This document shows positions 1 through 8,826 of a DNA stretch of 32,000 nucleotides, in pieces (position 1 is the first letter of the stretch; the number at the start of each line of letters is the position of its first letter). The notes below the pieces were generated by a model that saw only the letters and a program-made list of their open reading frames with translations, was not told the origin of the DNA and ran no database searches. The stretch is from NCBI RefSeq assembly GCF_043950625.1, contig NZ_CP171007.1. One strand, given 5' to 3'. Source of the DNA: Alkanindiges sp. WGS2144. GTDB lineage: Bacteria > Pseudomonadota > Gammaproteobacteria > Pseudomonadales > Moraxellaceae. The position numbers were made by a program, and so were the translations under genes.

Positions 1-3000
1 AAGGGTTAAAAGAAATACGCGCCGCCCTTAAAAAGACGGCTACACGACAAACCTCAGTCGCAGCGTATATCAATGATGGCCGTCGACGCATGAAACTGGT
101 ATGGATTGTTGGTTCGCGTTTTCGCTTTGCAGCCGATGGGGCATTTCCCGTTGGTTTTACCCAAAAAGCGCAAAAACAACAGCTTATTCCTGAATGGGTA
201 CGCTCTGCCAGCTTATTGGCAGGGGCAGCAGGTGATATGCATGATATTGGCAAGGCCTCTGTACATTTTCAGAATAAATTAAACCCTGCCCAGGCTATGC
301 AAAGAATTGCTGATCCGGTACGGCATGAATGGCTGTCGTTAAAGCTGTTGCAACGCCTGCGGGAAAATGGCTGGCAATGGCAACAGGCATGGCAAGGTAT
401 TGAAAAAAATATTGATCATTTTACCTTGAGTAGCCGCGACTTTAATAAAGCCCCTCTCAAACTTCTGAAAACAAGCTTACAGAATGAACTGGAAGCCGTG
501 GATTATCTGGTGGTCACTCATCATAAGCTGCTGGCAGGTGATAGTGACTCACCGACTGCCATGCCCTGCAATGAAAACCATGTCCGTCAACTTATTAAGG
601 CAGGCGATACTAATATTAGCTGTGCGGGAGATTTACCCAATAGTATTTTTAGTAGCCATCAGGCACGAATACAGCGTCTTGCCAGACAAACCGCAACTAT
701 TGAAGAACACGATAAATTATTATTCTGGAAAGCACTGGCCTTTCATGCCCGTGCTGCACTGATTTTTGCTGACCATACCATTTCTGCACTTCGCTATCCC
801 AATACCCAGCAAAAAAAATACAGCTTGTATGCCAATACCAAACCAACCACTGATGGACAACGCATTCAGGATCAACCACTGGAGTGGCATTTACAGCAGG
901 TTGGCGATCGGGCTGCCCGGGTCGCTGTACAAATTTATAGTAATCTGGAACTTACTGGACTTTGTGAACAAACCGTTGAACATATCCAGCGGCCTGCCAG
1001 CAACACACGCTTCTACTGGCAAAACAAGAGCGCACAGCTACTTGAAAAGCATACCCTTAAACACCCAGATATCCCTAGCCTGATTCTCAATATTGCGGCA
1101 ACAGGCAGTGGCAAAACCCGTATGAATTTGCGCACCGCCTGTATTTTACGCCCACACAACCCCCGCATTGCCATTACTTTAAATTTGCGCTCACTGACAC
1201 TACAGACAGGACAGGTACTGCAGCACTCCATGAATCTTGCCGATGATGAGATTGCCACCATCATTGGTGATACCGTCAGCCAGAAACTATTCAATGCCAC
1301 CAATAACCAGCAATCGCAGGATGAGGATGAAAATCCTGTAGAACCCCTATTTGATGCGATTGGACAGGAATCAGAGTTGCCTGACTGGCTCAATAGTTTA
1401 TTTACCCAGCACTATCAGGGTAGACAGGTGACTGATCATCAGGCTAAAACTATCCTGACTGCTCCGTTGCTAGTATCCACCATTGATTACCTGATTGCTG
1501 CGGGTGAACCCAACCAGCAGGGGCATCACATCAAAGCTTTGCTCAGGTTGATGAGCAGCGACCTGATTCTGGATGAAATTGACAGCTACGACCCCAAGGC
1601 CCTGATTGCGGTACTTCGTCTGGTGCAATTGGCTGCCATGTATGGTCGTCATGTCATCTGCTCATCAGCCACCGTGTCCTATACCGTGGCCAGCAAAATT
1701 CATCATGCCTTTCAATCAGGGATTGAAATGCGGTCTGCGCTAATGAGAACACCACAGTCCTACAGGATTGGCATTATCGATAACTTGCTCTCTGCCAAAC
1801 TTTGGATTAACACTGCATGCCAGCCCAGTTTATTTCAAGAAAACTATCAGCAGCACTTACAACAGTTGCAGGAGCAACTTAGCCAGCAGTCTAAACAGGT
1901 CATTTATCGGTTAGCTCAATTACAACCTGTTATTCTGGAAGGCTTAAATCCTGAACAGAAAATCAGGACATGGCAAACAGCCATACTCGAGGCAGTAAAC
2001 CAATTACATCAGCAGCATAGTTGGCAGTTTGGCAACACAAGTAAAAAGATTTCTTTTGGCCTCATCCGGGTAGCAAACATTCGCCCAGCGATTCAACTGG
2101 CGCGTTTTCTAAGTGAGCACCTACCTAACGCCAAAATTGCTTGCTATCACGCTAATGACTGGCTAATTAACAGACACCATAAAGAACAACGGCTGGATTT
2201 TTTACTATCACGGCAGAAAGGCAATCAACACCTGTTGGCAGATGAGGAAATTCAACAAGTGGTTGCTAACTCAATCCACGATGATATTCCTTTTATTGTG
2301 ATTGCCACGCCTGTGGAAGAAGTGGGACGCGACCATGATTTTGACTGGGGAATTATTGATGCGTCCAGTATTCAATCAATCGTGCAAACTGCTGGCCGTA
2401 TTAATCGGCATCGCCTGCAAAAGATCACACAACCAAATATCGCTATTTTGCAGTTTAATTATCGCTACTGTGCCAATAACAAAAGACAGCCTGTGTTTAA
2501 ATGGCCCGGCTATGAAGGGATTAATGGCAACATGTATGCTTCACAGGACATTGCACAACTTTTACCATGGAATGAGCATGGTCAACTGCTAATTAACGCC
2601 ACATTGCGTTTTAACCAGCAGCACTGTTTATTCGCAAAGTATGATGACCAGCAGATACAGGATTTTTGCAAAACCTATTTTGATGACCAGCTTGATGATC
2701 AGGATGCTGATCAACTATTTAGTCATGCTCAGGTTGAGCCTGCAATTTTGACTGAAAATCCTTACCGCGCCACGCCATTACGTGATATGCAGAAAAAACA
2801 GGACTACTACTTTAGGTTTGAAGATGATGAGCCAAAGTTTTATGTAAAGGAGCAGTCGCCTAATCAATATGGCTATATTCAATTACAGGATTTTGATAAG
2901 ATTTTGCCAATCCGGCCTGCTCCTTCTAATGCATGGCTTTACCTGAGCACTGGGCAGATGGCTGAGCGCTGTGTTGAGCTAGGCATCAACCTGGAAGAAG

Positions 3001-3083
3001 GCTGCCATACGTCTCTGGCAGTCTATCAGGATGATACTCCAGACTGGATTTATGATGAGGGATTTGGACTTTATAAAAAATAA
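1..3083 (+). CDS. cas3: Type I-F Cas2/3 fusion (HD nuclease + SF2 helicase), 5'-partial: gene starts upstream of the window
   Basis: The frame of the 90..3083 ORF is open back to nt 3 (GLKEIRAALKKTATRQTSVAAYINDGRRR precedes the Met at 90). From memory, ALKKTATRQTSVAAY...LVWIVGSRFRFAADGAFP matches the end of the Cas2 domain/linker of P. aeruginosa Cas2/3 (LLKKSARRNTAVACH...LLWIVGDASRFNAQGAVP). HD motif GDMHDIGK. Helicase motifs AATGSGKTR (I), LDEID (II), SSAT (III), VEEVGRDHDFDW and QTAGRINRH (VI). The C-terminal end also resembles Cas2/3. Confidence 0.9.
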   Translation, partial: GLKEIRAALKKTATRQTSVAAYINDGRRRMKLVWIVGSRFRFAADGAFPVGFTQKAQKQQLIPEWVRSASLLAGAAGDMHDIGKASVHFQNKLNPAQAMQRIADPVRHEWLSLKLLQRLRENGWQWQQAWQGIEKNIDHFTLSSRDFNKAPLKLLKTSLQNELEAVDYLVVTHHKLLAGDSDSPTAMPCNENHVRQLIKAGDTNISCAGDLPNSIFSSHQARIQRLARQTATIEEHDKLLFWKALAFHARAALIFADHTISALRYPNTQQKKYSLYANTKPTTDGQRIQDQPLEWHLQQVGDRAARVAVQIYSNLELTGLCEQTVEHIQRPASNTRFYWQNKSAQLLEKHTLKHPDIPSLILNIAATGSGKTRMNLRTACILRPHNPRIAITLNLRSLTLQTGQVLQHSMNLADDEIATIIGDTVSQKLFNATNNQQSQDEDENPVEPLFDAIGQESELPDWLNSLFTQHYQGRQVTDHQAKTILTAPLLVSTIDYLIAAGEPNQQGHHIKALLRLMSSDLILDEIDSYDPKALIAVLRLVQLAAMYGRHVICSSATVSYTVASKIHHAFQSGIEMRSALMRTPQSYRIGIIDNLLSAKLWINTACQPSLFQENYQQHLQQLQEQLSQQSKQVIYRLAQLQPVILEGLNPEQKIRTWQTAILEAVNQLHQQHSWQFGNTSKKISFGLIRVANIRPAIQLARFLSEHLPNAKIACYHANDWLINRHHKEQRLDFLLSRQKGNQHLLADEEIQQVVANSIHDDIPFIVIATPVEEVGRDHDFDWGIIDASSIQSIVQTAGRINRHRLQKITQPNIAILQFNYRYCANNKRQPVFKWPGYEGINGNMYASQDIAQLLPWNEHGQLLINATLRFNQQHCLFAKYDDQQIQDFCKTYFDDQLDDQDADQLFSHAQVEPAILTENPYRATPLRDMQKKQDYYFRFEDDEPKFYVKEQSPNQYGYIQLQDFDKILPIRPAPSNAWLYLSTGQMAERCVELGINLEEGCHTSLAVYQDDTPDWIYDEGFGLYKK

Positions 3084-3090
3084 ATACAAC

Positions 3091-3387
3091 TTAGCCCGGT
3101 ACAAGCTCTACATGAATTTTTTTACCCAAAGCAGCCGCAGCACTTGCCAACGTGGTTAATGTCAGGCTGGTATCTTCTTCGTCAAGTAAACGATTTAATG
3201 CAGCACGACTGGTATGCATTTTAGCAGCCATCGCAGTCTTGGTGAGTTGCTGAGCTTTCATTGCCTCAGCAATTTGCCATGCCAATACACGCTTGATGGC
3301 AACCGCAGTAACATCTTCCAGTATCCCTTCTTCCTGCAAGAAATCCTCAAAACTGCTACCAACATGATTAATATTAAAATCGCTCAT
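3091..3387 (-). CDS. XRE-family HTH antitoxin (HigA-like)
   Basis: 98-aa ORF with an HTH segment (LTKTAMAAKMHTSRAALNRLLD). Its ATG overlaps the stop of the upstream toxin ORF by 4 nt (toxin-first, higBA-type order). Assignment is by architecture plus motif only. Confidence 0.7.
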   Translation of the reverse strand: MSDFNINHVGSSFEDFLQEEGILEDVTAVAIKRVLAWQIAEAMKAQQLTKTAMAAKMHTSRAALNRLLDEEDTSLTLTTLASAAAALGKKIHVELVPG

Positions 3388-3731
3388 AATGTTCTCCGAG
3401 ACTGTTTCAGCCGCTGTTTTGCCAGTTCCAAATCAGATTTTGGAGTAGCTTGAGATTTCTTAACAAAGCCATGTAGTAATAACAGGGTATTACCACTCAC
3501 TGTAAAAAAGATCCGGGCAATTCCTGATAGAATATGAATACGTATTTCCCATAGGTCAGTATCCATCTTGCGTACTAAAGGCATGCCCAGAGGCCAGCCA
3601 ATCTGCACGGTACGAATATCCTCCCCAATACTTTTTTTATCAGTAGGTGAAAAATCTTTTAACCATTGCCTGACTGGTTCTACCCCACTATCGGTCTTAA
3701 AAAAAAGTACAGTTAATGGAGGAATTGGCAT
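3384..3731 (-). CDS. RelE/ParE-superfamily toxin, gp49-like/HigB-like
   Basis: The ORF track gives 3384..3779. The conserved part starts at MPIPPLTVLFFKTDSGVEPVRQWLK (Met17, nt 3731). The C-terminal LLLLHGFVKKSQATPKSDLELAKQRLK is typical of gp49-like/HigB toxins as I recall the family. The start is uncertain (3779, 3740 or 3731). Confidence 0.65.
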   Translation of the reverse strand: MPIPPLTVLFFKTDSGVEPVRQWLKDFSPTDKKSIGEDIRTVQIGWPLGMPLVRKMDTDLWEIRIHILSGIARIFFTVSGNTLLLLHGFVKKSQATPKSDLELAKQRLKQSRRTL

Positions 3732-3831
3732 AACAAGCATCTCATAAACTTGTCTATTAGTGTACCATATTTGATACACTTAACAATATCGTACAACGGT
3801 AATATTGAGACATTAGACCTAATGAGTAGAA

Positions 3832-5960
3832 AGTTTTATCTATCTATACGATGGTGAACGAGGTAGCCGATAACTCGTTTACGCCAATCCGCTTCTAAAC
3901 TATCTGCACGATAGTGAACATATTGGTTAAGGCTTCAACGTCCCGCTTGCCCTTCTAAACTATCTGCACGATAGTGAACCATCACTACCACTAAAGCTCT
4001 GCTGGCGCTCTCTTCTAAACTATCTGCACGATAGTGAACAAGGTGGAATTTTAGGTTCTTTGCGAGTTTGACTTCTAAACTATCTGCACGATAGTGAACA
4101 TCGCGGTACATGGCATTGATGAATGATTGCACTTCTAAACTATCTGCACGATAGTGAACAAGACAGCCCGCAAATGTAGCCGCGACACCAACTTCTAAAC
4201 TATCTGCACGATAGTGAACTCCAGCAGGTTTTTTAAGTCTTGATATTCAGACTTCTAAACTATCTGCACGATAGTGAACTTTACAGCGTGGTGTGATGCT
4301 TTAGCGTTTTTCTTCTAAACTATCTGCACGATAGTGAACAAGACGGAGCAAAGGGCGCTACCGGCGCTCAACTTCTAAACTATCTGCACGATAGTGAACC
4401 GTCCCACATGCCTGTATACTGGCGCGACTCACTTCTAAACTATCTGCACGATAGTGAACTTATACCGATGATACTTTAGCTGATATTGGTTCTTCTAAAC
4501 TATCTGCACGATAGTGAACGAAATGCACATTTTCGCGCCCTACGCTTCACACTTCTAAACTATCTGCACGATAGTGAACAGCGTTGTCAGGCAACTACAG
4601 GTGCGGCACTGGCTTCTAAACTATCTGCACGATAGTGAACCTCTAAAGATAAATCTGATAAGTCTTTATCTGCTTCTAAACTATCTGCACGATAGTGAAC
4701 TATGGGATGTATTTAGAATCTAATTTGTCCAGCTTCTAAACTATCTGCACGATAGTGAACATTGGTCAGTACCAGCTAAGGGTGAGCCTATCCTTCTAAA
4801 CTATCTGCACGATAGTGAACATGCTAAAGAAAACCAGCCTAGCCAATGGCAACTTCTAAACTATCTGCACGATAGTGAACATCCATATCCATAATGTCAT
4901 CAAGATTTTCTTCTTCTAAACTATCTGCACGATAGTGAACCAAATTTAGCTGTGACCGCAGCCGCTGGTGCTCTTCTAAACTATCTGCACGATAGTGAAC
5001 AAAATTAGAAATGCTAGAACGGTTACGATCACCTTCTAAACTATCTGCACGATAGTGAACTTTTTTGCTATTTCTGCGCCTATAGCATCATACTTCTAAA
5101 CTATCTGCACGATAGTGAACTGCATCATGATTAATGGCAATATCAACAGGACCTTCTAAACTATCTGCACGATAGTGAACTGCCCGGCTCAATGCGTACC
5201 GACATCTGCCACCTTCTAAACTATCTGCACGATAGTGAACCAGCAGGCCAGCCATCCCGATTATAAGGTGCTCTTCTAAACTATCTGCACGATAGTGAAC
5301 TTGTCTAAATCGGATTTGAGTTGTTTGATGTACTTCTAAACTATCTGCACGATAGTGAACAACCCCGCTCCACTTCAGAATCAGATACAAATCTTCTAAA
5401 CTATCTGCACGATAGTGAACATTGCTGCGGCACCAGTACATCAAGGCCAATTCTTCTAAACTATCTGCACGATAGTGAACAGGTGAAACGTGCGTTTGCA
5501 GCGATTGTGGGACTTCTAAACTATCTGCACGATAGTGAACTGATCTTTCCGGTGAACTGGTATCCGTAGACTCTTCTAAACTATCTGCACGATAGTGAAC
5601 AATGCTTTGAGATACTTGGAAAACTGGTGCTTCTTCTAAACTATCTGCACGATAGTGAACGCCTTCATCATTTTGTGATGGCTCTTGCGAATCTTCTAAA
5701 CTATCTGCACGATAGTGAACTTAGTAGTTGGTGTAATGCTCTTGCCTTCATACTTCTAAACTATCTGCACGATAGTGAACAATAATAGAACGCTGGTCGG
5801 AGAAACCATCTTCTTCTAAACTATCTGCACGATAGTGAACAGACAATTTAAAAATGAATGCCTATGATCTCACTTCTAAACTATCTGCACGATAGTGAAC
5901 TTAGTTTGTTGATCACTGGAGAAAGATCAACACTTCTAAACTATCTGCACGATAGTGAAC
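3832..5960 (-). CRISPR. Type I-F CRISPR array, 36 repeats / 35 spacers, transcribed on the minus strand
   Basis: 28-bp repeat: plus strand CTTCTAAACTATCTGCACGATAGTGAAC, minus strand GTTCACTATCGTGCAGATAGTTTAGAAG (I-F family shape: GTTCAC, 5-bp stem/5-nt loop, TTAGAA tail). There are 35 identical copies, starting every 60 bp at 3892-4552 and 4613-5933. One decayed terminal copy at 3832-3859 has 8 mismatches. Of the 35 unique spacers, 34 are 32 nt and one is 33 nt (4580-4612). The decayed repeat is at the low-coordinate end and the AT-rich leader at the high-coordinate end. Confidence 0.97.
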
Positions 5961-6056
5961 CTAGAGTATTTGATTAAAAATACCCTAAAGAATAATGATA
6001 TAGTCTTTTATTGAGCAAAAATACTTCGTTTTATTGGTATATTTTAAGTAGCTGAT
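5961..6056 (-). promoter_or_regulatory. CRISPR leader (AT-rich, between the cas1 stop and the first repeat)
   Basis: 96-bp AT-rich non-coding stretch abutting the perfect, newest-end repeat and opposite the decayed repeat. No confident -35/-10 could be assigned. Read-through from cas1 is also possible. Confidence 0.6.
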
Positions 6057-7010
6057 TTAACTAACTTTATTGCAAAGCTCAACAATGAAGCCAAATAGAT
6101 AGTCTAAGACATCACTACTCTGACAACTTTCAATCAATGCCATTCTAAATTCTTTTTGCTTGTCATTGGCTTTGGCACAGGCAAAAGCCAGCGGCATGAC
6201 ATAGGCATCCTTCACCAAATCAGCCACATCAAATACCAGTGCACCACGGCGGGTTTTACCATGTAAAACCGGTAAGGCAAAACTAATGCCTAGACCATGC
6301 AATGCTACGGCTGCGTAACCATAAGCAATGTAGTTCCCATGATCCAGATAGCCATTGGCAATATCAGCCATACTTTCATCTGCCTGTTTTCCTTCCTCAC
6401 GTTTGAACTCCATCCCAAAACCCTGAGCCAGCCGGGCATATAACTGTTTGGCCCAGCGTGCTTCCGCAGCTAGCAGTTCAGTGGTGTTCTGCGCACTTTC
6501 TATCGATAATTGAAAATTTTTGACCATTTGTTCATCAATCTGGATACGCCGCTGTAATAACTCCAGATTGCCTGACCATATTTTACAAGTAAGATCAATC
6601 CGGTTAAGCAATAGCACTTTTGCCATCACCAGACGGGTTGGCTCATCCAGCCATGCCCGCATCCATGCTTGCATATATTCGGTGGGACGATACTCGCTTT
6701 GTGGGGTCATAAATGTTAAATCCAGTGCGCCGAATAAAGGCGAACCACCTGAACCACAAAAGCCCAGCATCACATTGGATTCTGCCAGACGCCTCACCGC
6801 CGCATCCGTCACGGAACTGCCCTTGCCCAGCAATAAAAAAGCTGTATTTTTCTCAGGAATATTAAAAAACTGCTCTACGGGCTGCTGACTATCCGTTAAA
6901 TAAACAATCCGGTCATCCTTTAACATGACCCGAACCCGTTCGAGATAAAATACACAGGCACGCTTGGATAACATTAAAGGACGGGCACGTTGTTGTTTTA
7001 AATCACCCAT
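6057..7010 (-). CDS. cas1: Cas1, type I-F integrase
   Basis: 317 aa. Recalled similarity to P. aeruginosa I-F Cas1 along the whole length (TPQSEYRPTEY, FLDHGNY.AYG, VLHGKTRRG.LVFDVADL.KD). SD AAGGA lies 8 nt upstream of the ATG. Confidence 0.93.
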   Translation of the reverse strand: MGDLKQQRARPLMLSKRACVFYLERVRVMLKDDRIVYLTDSQQPVEQFFNIPEKNTAFLLLGKGSSVTDAAVRRLAESNVMLGFCGSGGSPLFGALDLTFMTPQSEYRPTEYMQAWMRAWLDEPTRLVMAKVLLLNRIDLTCKIWSGNLELLQRRIQIDEQMVKNFQLSIESAQNTTELLAAEARWAKQLYARLAQGFGMEFKREEGKQADESMADIANGYLDHGNYIAYGYAAVALHGLGISFALPVLHGKTRRGALVFDVADLVKDAYVMPLAFACAKANDKQKEFRMALIESCQSSDVLDYLFGFIVELCNKVS

Positions 7011-7041
7011 GTTATTTCCTTATAGATAAAGATGATGCTGT

Positions 7042-7073
7042 GGATGAGCCTACCAACACGCATAGGCTCATCC
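7042..7073 (-). other. 11-bp perfect inverted repeat (RNA hairpin) between cas6f and cas1
   Basis: GGATGAGCCTA (7042-7052) / TAGGCTCATCC (7063-7073) with a 10-nt loop, 22 nt after the cas6f stop. No adjacent U-tract on the minus strand, so this is not a canonical terminator. Confidence 0.4.
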
Positions 7074-7095
7074 CAACTGAAATTTAATAAGACAC

Positions 7096-7704
7096 CTAAA
7101 AATACGGCAATGCAAATGGCTGCGAAGCACGTGCCAGACCATAGCCATCTGGCATCCCTGCTCCAGCATCTTCCGCCTGTTGAATATCAACAATGACTGT
7201 AAACTGCTGACCCGTAGACTGACTTTGCACCCGTAAAAAAGGCATTGCTTTCGCCTGCTCTAAACGCCGATCGCGCAACGGGGCTTTATCATAGCTGAAG
7301 TTACGCTCTGTCTTTAGAGTAGGAATACGAAAACGGCGGTAGCTTTTCCATGCCGTGTGCATGGGAACCTTACTGACCAAACCAAGCTGGCAATAATCCC
7401 GCACTTTCCAGTGCGCTTGCAATGTAGTCAGCAGCTGCTGTAACACCTGTTCCTGCTCAGCAAAAATCCGCAGCACATCATAGACCGCAAACCTGCGTTG
7501 ACTAGACGGCTTGTCTCTTTGTTGCTGTAAGCCGATCACATGATCTGTTTTGGAGGACGTCAGTGCTAATGCAAACAGCATTGGCATCTGACGAAAGCAG
7601 CCATGCAATACCGTAAAAATCTGGTTGCGGATATGCTCCAGTTGCAGATCGGTATTATCCCCGGTGGGCTGGATCATGACATCCAGATAAAAATTAGCCT
7701 GCAT
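7096..7704 (-). CDS. cas6f: Cas6f (Csy4) crRNA endoribonuclease
   Basis: FLRVQSQSTGQQFTVIV and the C-terminal GYGLARASQPFALPYF match recalled Csy4 motifs (FVTLRSQSTGQHFRLFI; CYGLSKGGFVPWF). The likely start is MQANFYLDV at 7704 (AGGATAA SD upstream, 16 nt after the cas7f stop) rather than the track start at 7749, which would overlap cas7f. Confidence 0.85.
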   Translation of the reverse strand: MQANFYLDVMIQPTGDNTDLQLEHIRNQIFTVLHGCFRQMPMLFALALTSSKTDHVIGLQQQRDKPSSQRRFAVYDVLRIFAEQEQVLQQLLTTLQAHWKVRDYCQLGLVSKVPMHTAWKSYRRFRIPTLKTERNFSYDKAPLRDRRLEQAKAMPFLRVQSQSTGQQFTVIVDIQQAEDAGAGMPDGYGLARASQPFALPYF

Positions 7705-7720
7705 GATGTAGTTATCCTGT

Positions 7721-8791
7721 TTATTCGCCTTCAGAGTACACACCACCACGGATCATACAGGCCAGCAGGAACATGCCATCATCACTATTCGGATCAAGCT
7801 CTGCCATTCTCTTCATAATATCAAAAGCAGAAGACTTATCCTTAATACGGAAAAATTCCTGCGCGTCCAGATTGGCACCATTGGGTTCCACCGGAATAAT
7901 TTTCTGGATCGTGGCATAATCGGGATACCAGGTATCAATGGTACGGATCGCATTACCAATTTTCTGGTCACGCAATGCCGCCTGCCCTAAAAACTGATTA
8001 TTGGTGGCCTGTCGTTCCAGTTTTTCATTACTGATTTTATATAGTGAACGGGAAAATCCCTTTGGCTTGTCTTCCAGATAATTCTGGGAAGGAAATACCT
8101 CTATACCGCCCATGCCAAAATCAATAATCGCTTCAACATTCAAGCTGGCACTCCGGTCACCTTGCATACCTGCCAGCACCACATCCGCCAGATTATTTTC
8201 CTGTTCGCTATAATTATTAAAATGGTTAAATGGAACAGACAAGGCATCAAACTCATGCACAGGCTGTTCAGTTTTTGCAGCACCATTATCCTCATAGACA
8301 CGAATCGTGATGGATTCAGCAATAATCCGGTTACGCCATAACCAGCGACCGTTGACAACATTACGCGTATAGCGGCGAGCTACTTCCTTTAAGCCATCAC
8401 TACTTTTTGCTCTAGCAATAAAATCATTAAATGCTGCCCGAAACTCACCCACCTTAACCTCACTGTTCTTTCCTGTGGCACAGGCAAACAAGATATACTC
8501 CAGGTCAATAAAGCGCAGGTTAAACTTCACCAACAACTTAGCATCAGGTGCCAGTTTGGCCGATTCAGTCTGCTGGATATTGGAAACTTCACGTGCTGAT
8601 GAATTACCGATAGCCGCCTTTTTTTCCTTGTTGCCCGCCACGTTTTGTGTACCGCGAATCCCATGATGCAGCACATAGAGCGGCTCAACGGCTTTATTTT
8701 CTGCAAAATAATGGTAAAACGCGCCGTCACTAATAATAGAGCCACGTTGTAAAGACAGGCTTCCAGGCAGTTTTTTAAAACTTTGAGTCAT
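7721..8791 (-). CDS. cas7f: Cas7f (Csy3) Cascade backbone subunit
   Basis: 356 aa. ARRYTRNVVNGRWLWRNR, EVFPSQ, QKIGNAIRTIDTWYPD and IRGGVYSEGE match recalled Csy3 motifs (ARRYAHNLANARFLWRNR; QKIGNALRTIDTWYPD; IRGGVFGE). Confidence 0.9.
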   Translation of the reverse strand: MTQSFKKLPGSLSLQRGSIISDGAFYHYFAENKAVEPLYVLHHGIRGTQNVAGNKEKKAAIGNSSAREVSNIQQTESAKLAPDAKLLVKFNLRFIDLEYILFACATGKNSEVKVGEFRAAFNDFIARAKSSDGLKEVARRYTRNVVNGRWLWRNRIIAESITIRVYEDNGAAKTEQPVHEFDALSVPFNHFNNYSEQENNLADVVLAGMQGDRSASLNVEAIIDFGMGGIEVFPSQNYLEDKPKGFSRSLYKISNEKLERQATNNQFLGQAALRDQKIGNAIRTIDTWYPDYATIQKIIPVEPNGANLDAQEFFRIKDKSSAFDIMKRMAELDPNSDDGMFLLACMIRGGVYSEGE

Positions 8792-8826
8792 GATGATTAT
8801 CCTGTTGTTCGTTGTTAAATCACGGG

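Noticed and set aside
90-92. Met at nt 90 as the true start of the 997-aa helicase-nuclease (a stand-alone Cas3 without Cas2)
   Set aside because: The frame has no stop back to nt 3, and the 29 upstream codons continue the similarity to the Cas2 domain/linker of I-F Cas2/3. The gene is truncated by the window edge rather than starting here.
4761-4792. Spacer containing GGGTGAGCCTATC, resembling the left arm of the cas6f-cas1 hairpin (GGATGAGCCTACC, 7042-7054)
   Set aside because: Only about 11/13 nt match over a short stretch, and the rest of the spacer does not align. This is consistent with chance.
3935-5569. ORFs 3935..4132(-), 5088..5450(-) and 5321..5569(+) with periodic peptides (VHYRADSLE / LLNYLHDSE)
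   Set aside because: They are translations of the 28-bp CRISPR repeat recurring every 60 bp (20 codons). They are artefacts of the array, not genes.
5961-6056. IHF-like site (AATCAAATACTCT) adjacent to the first repeat in the leader
   Set aside because: It matches WATCAA but not the TTR part of the consensus WATCAANNNNTTR. That is too weak to call from sequence alone.
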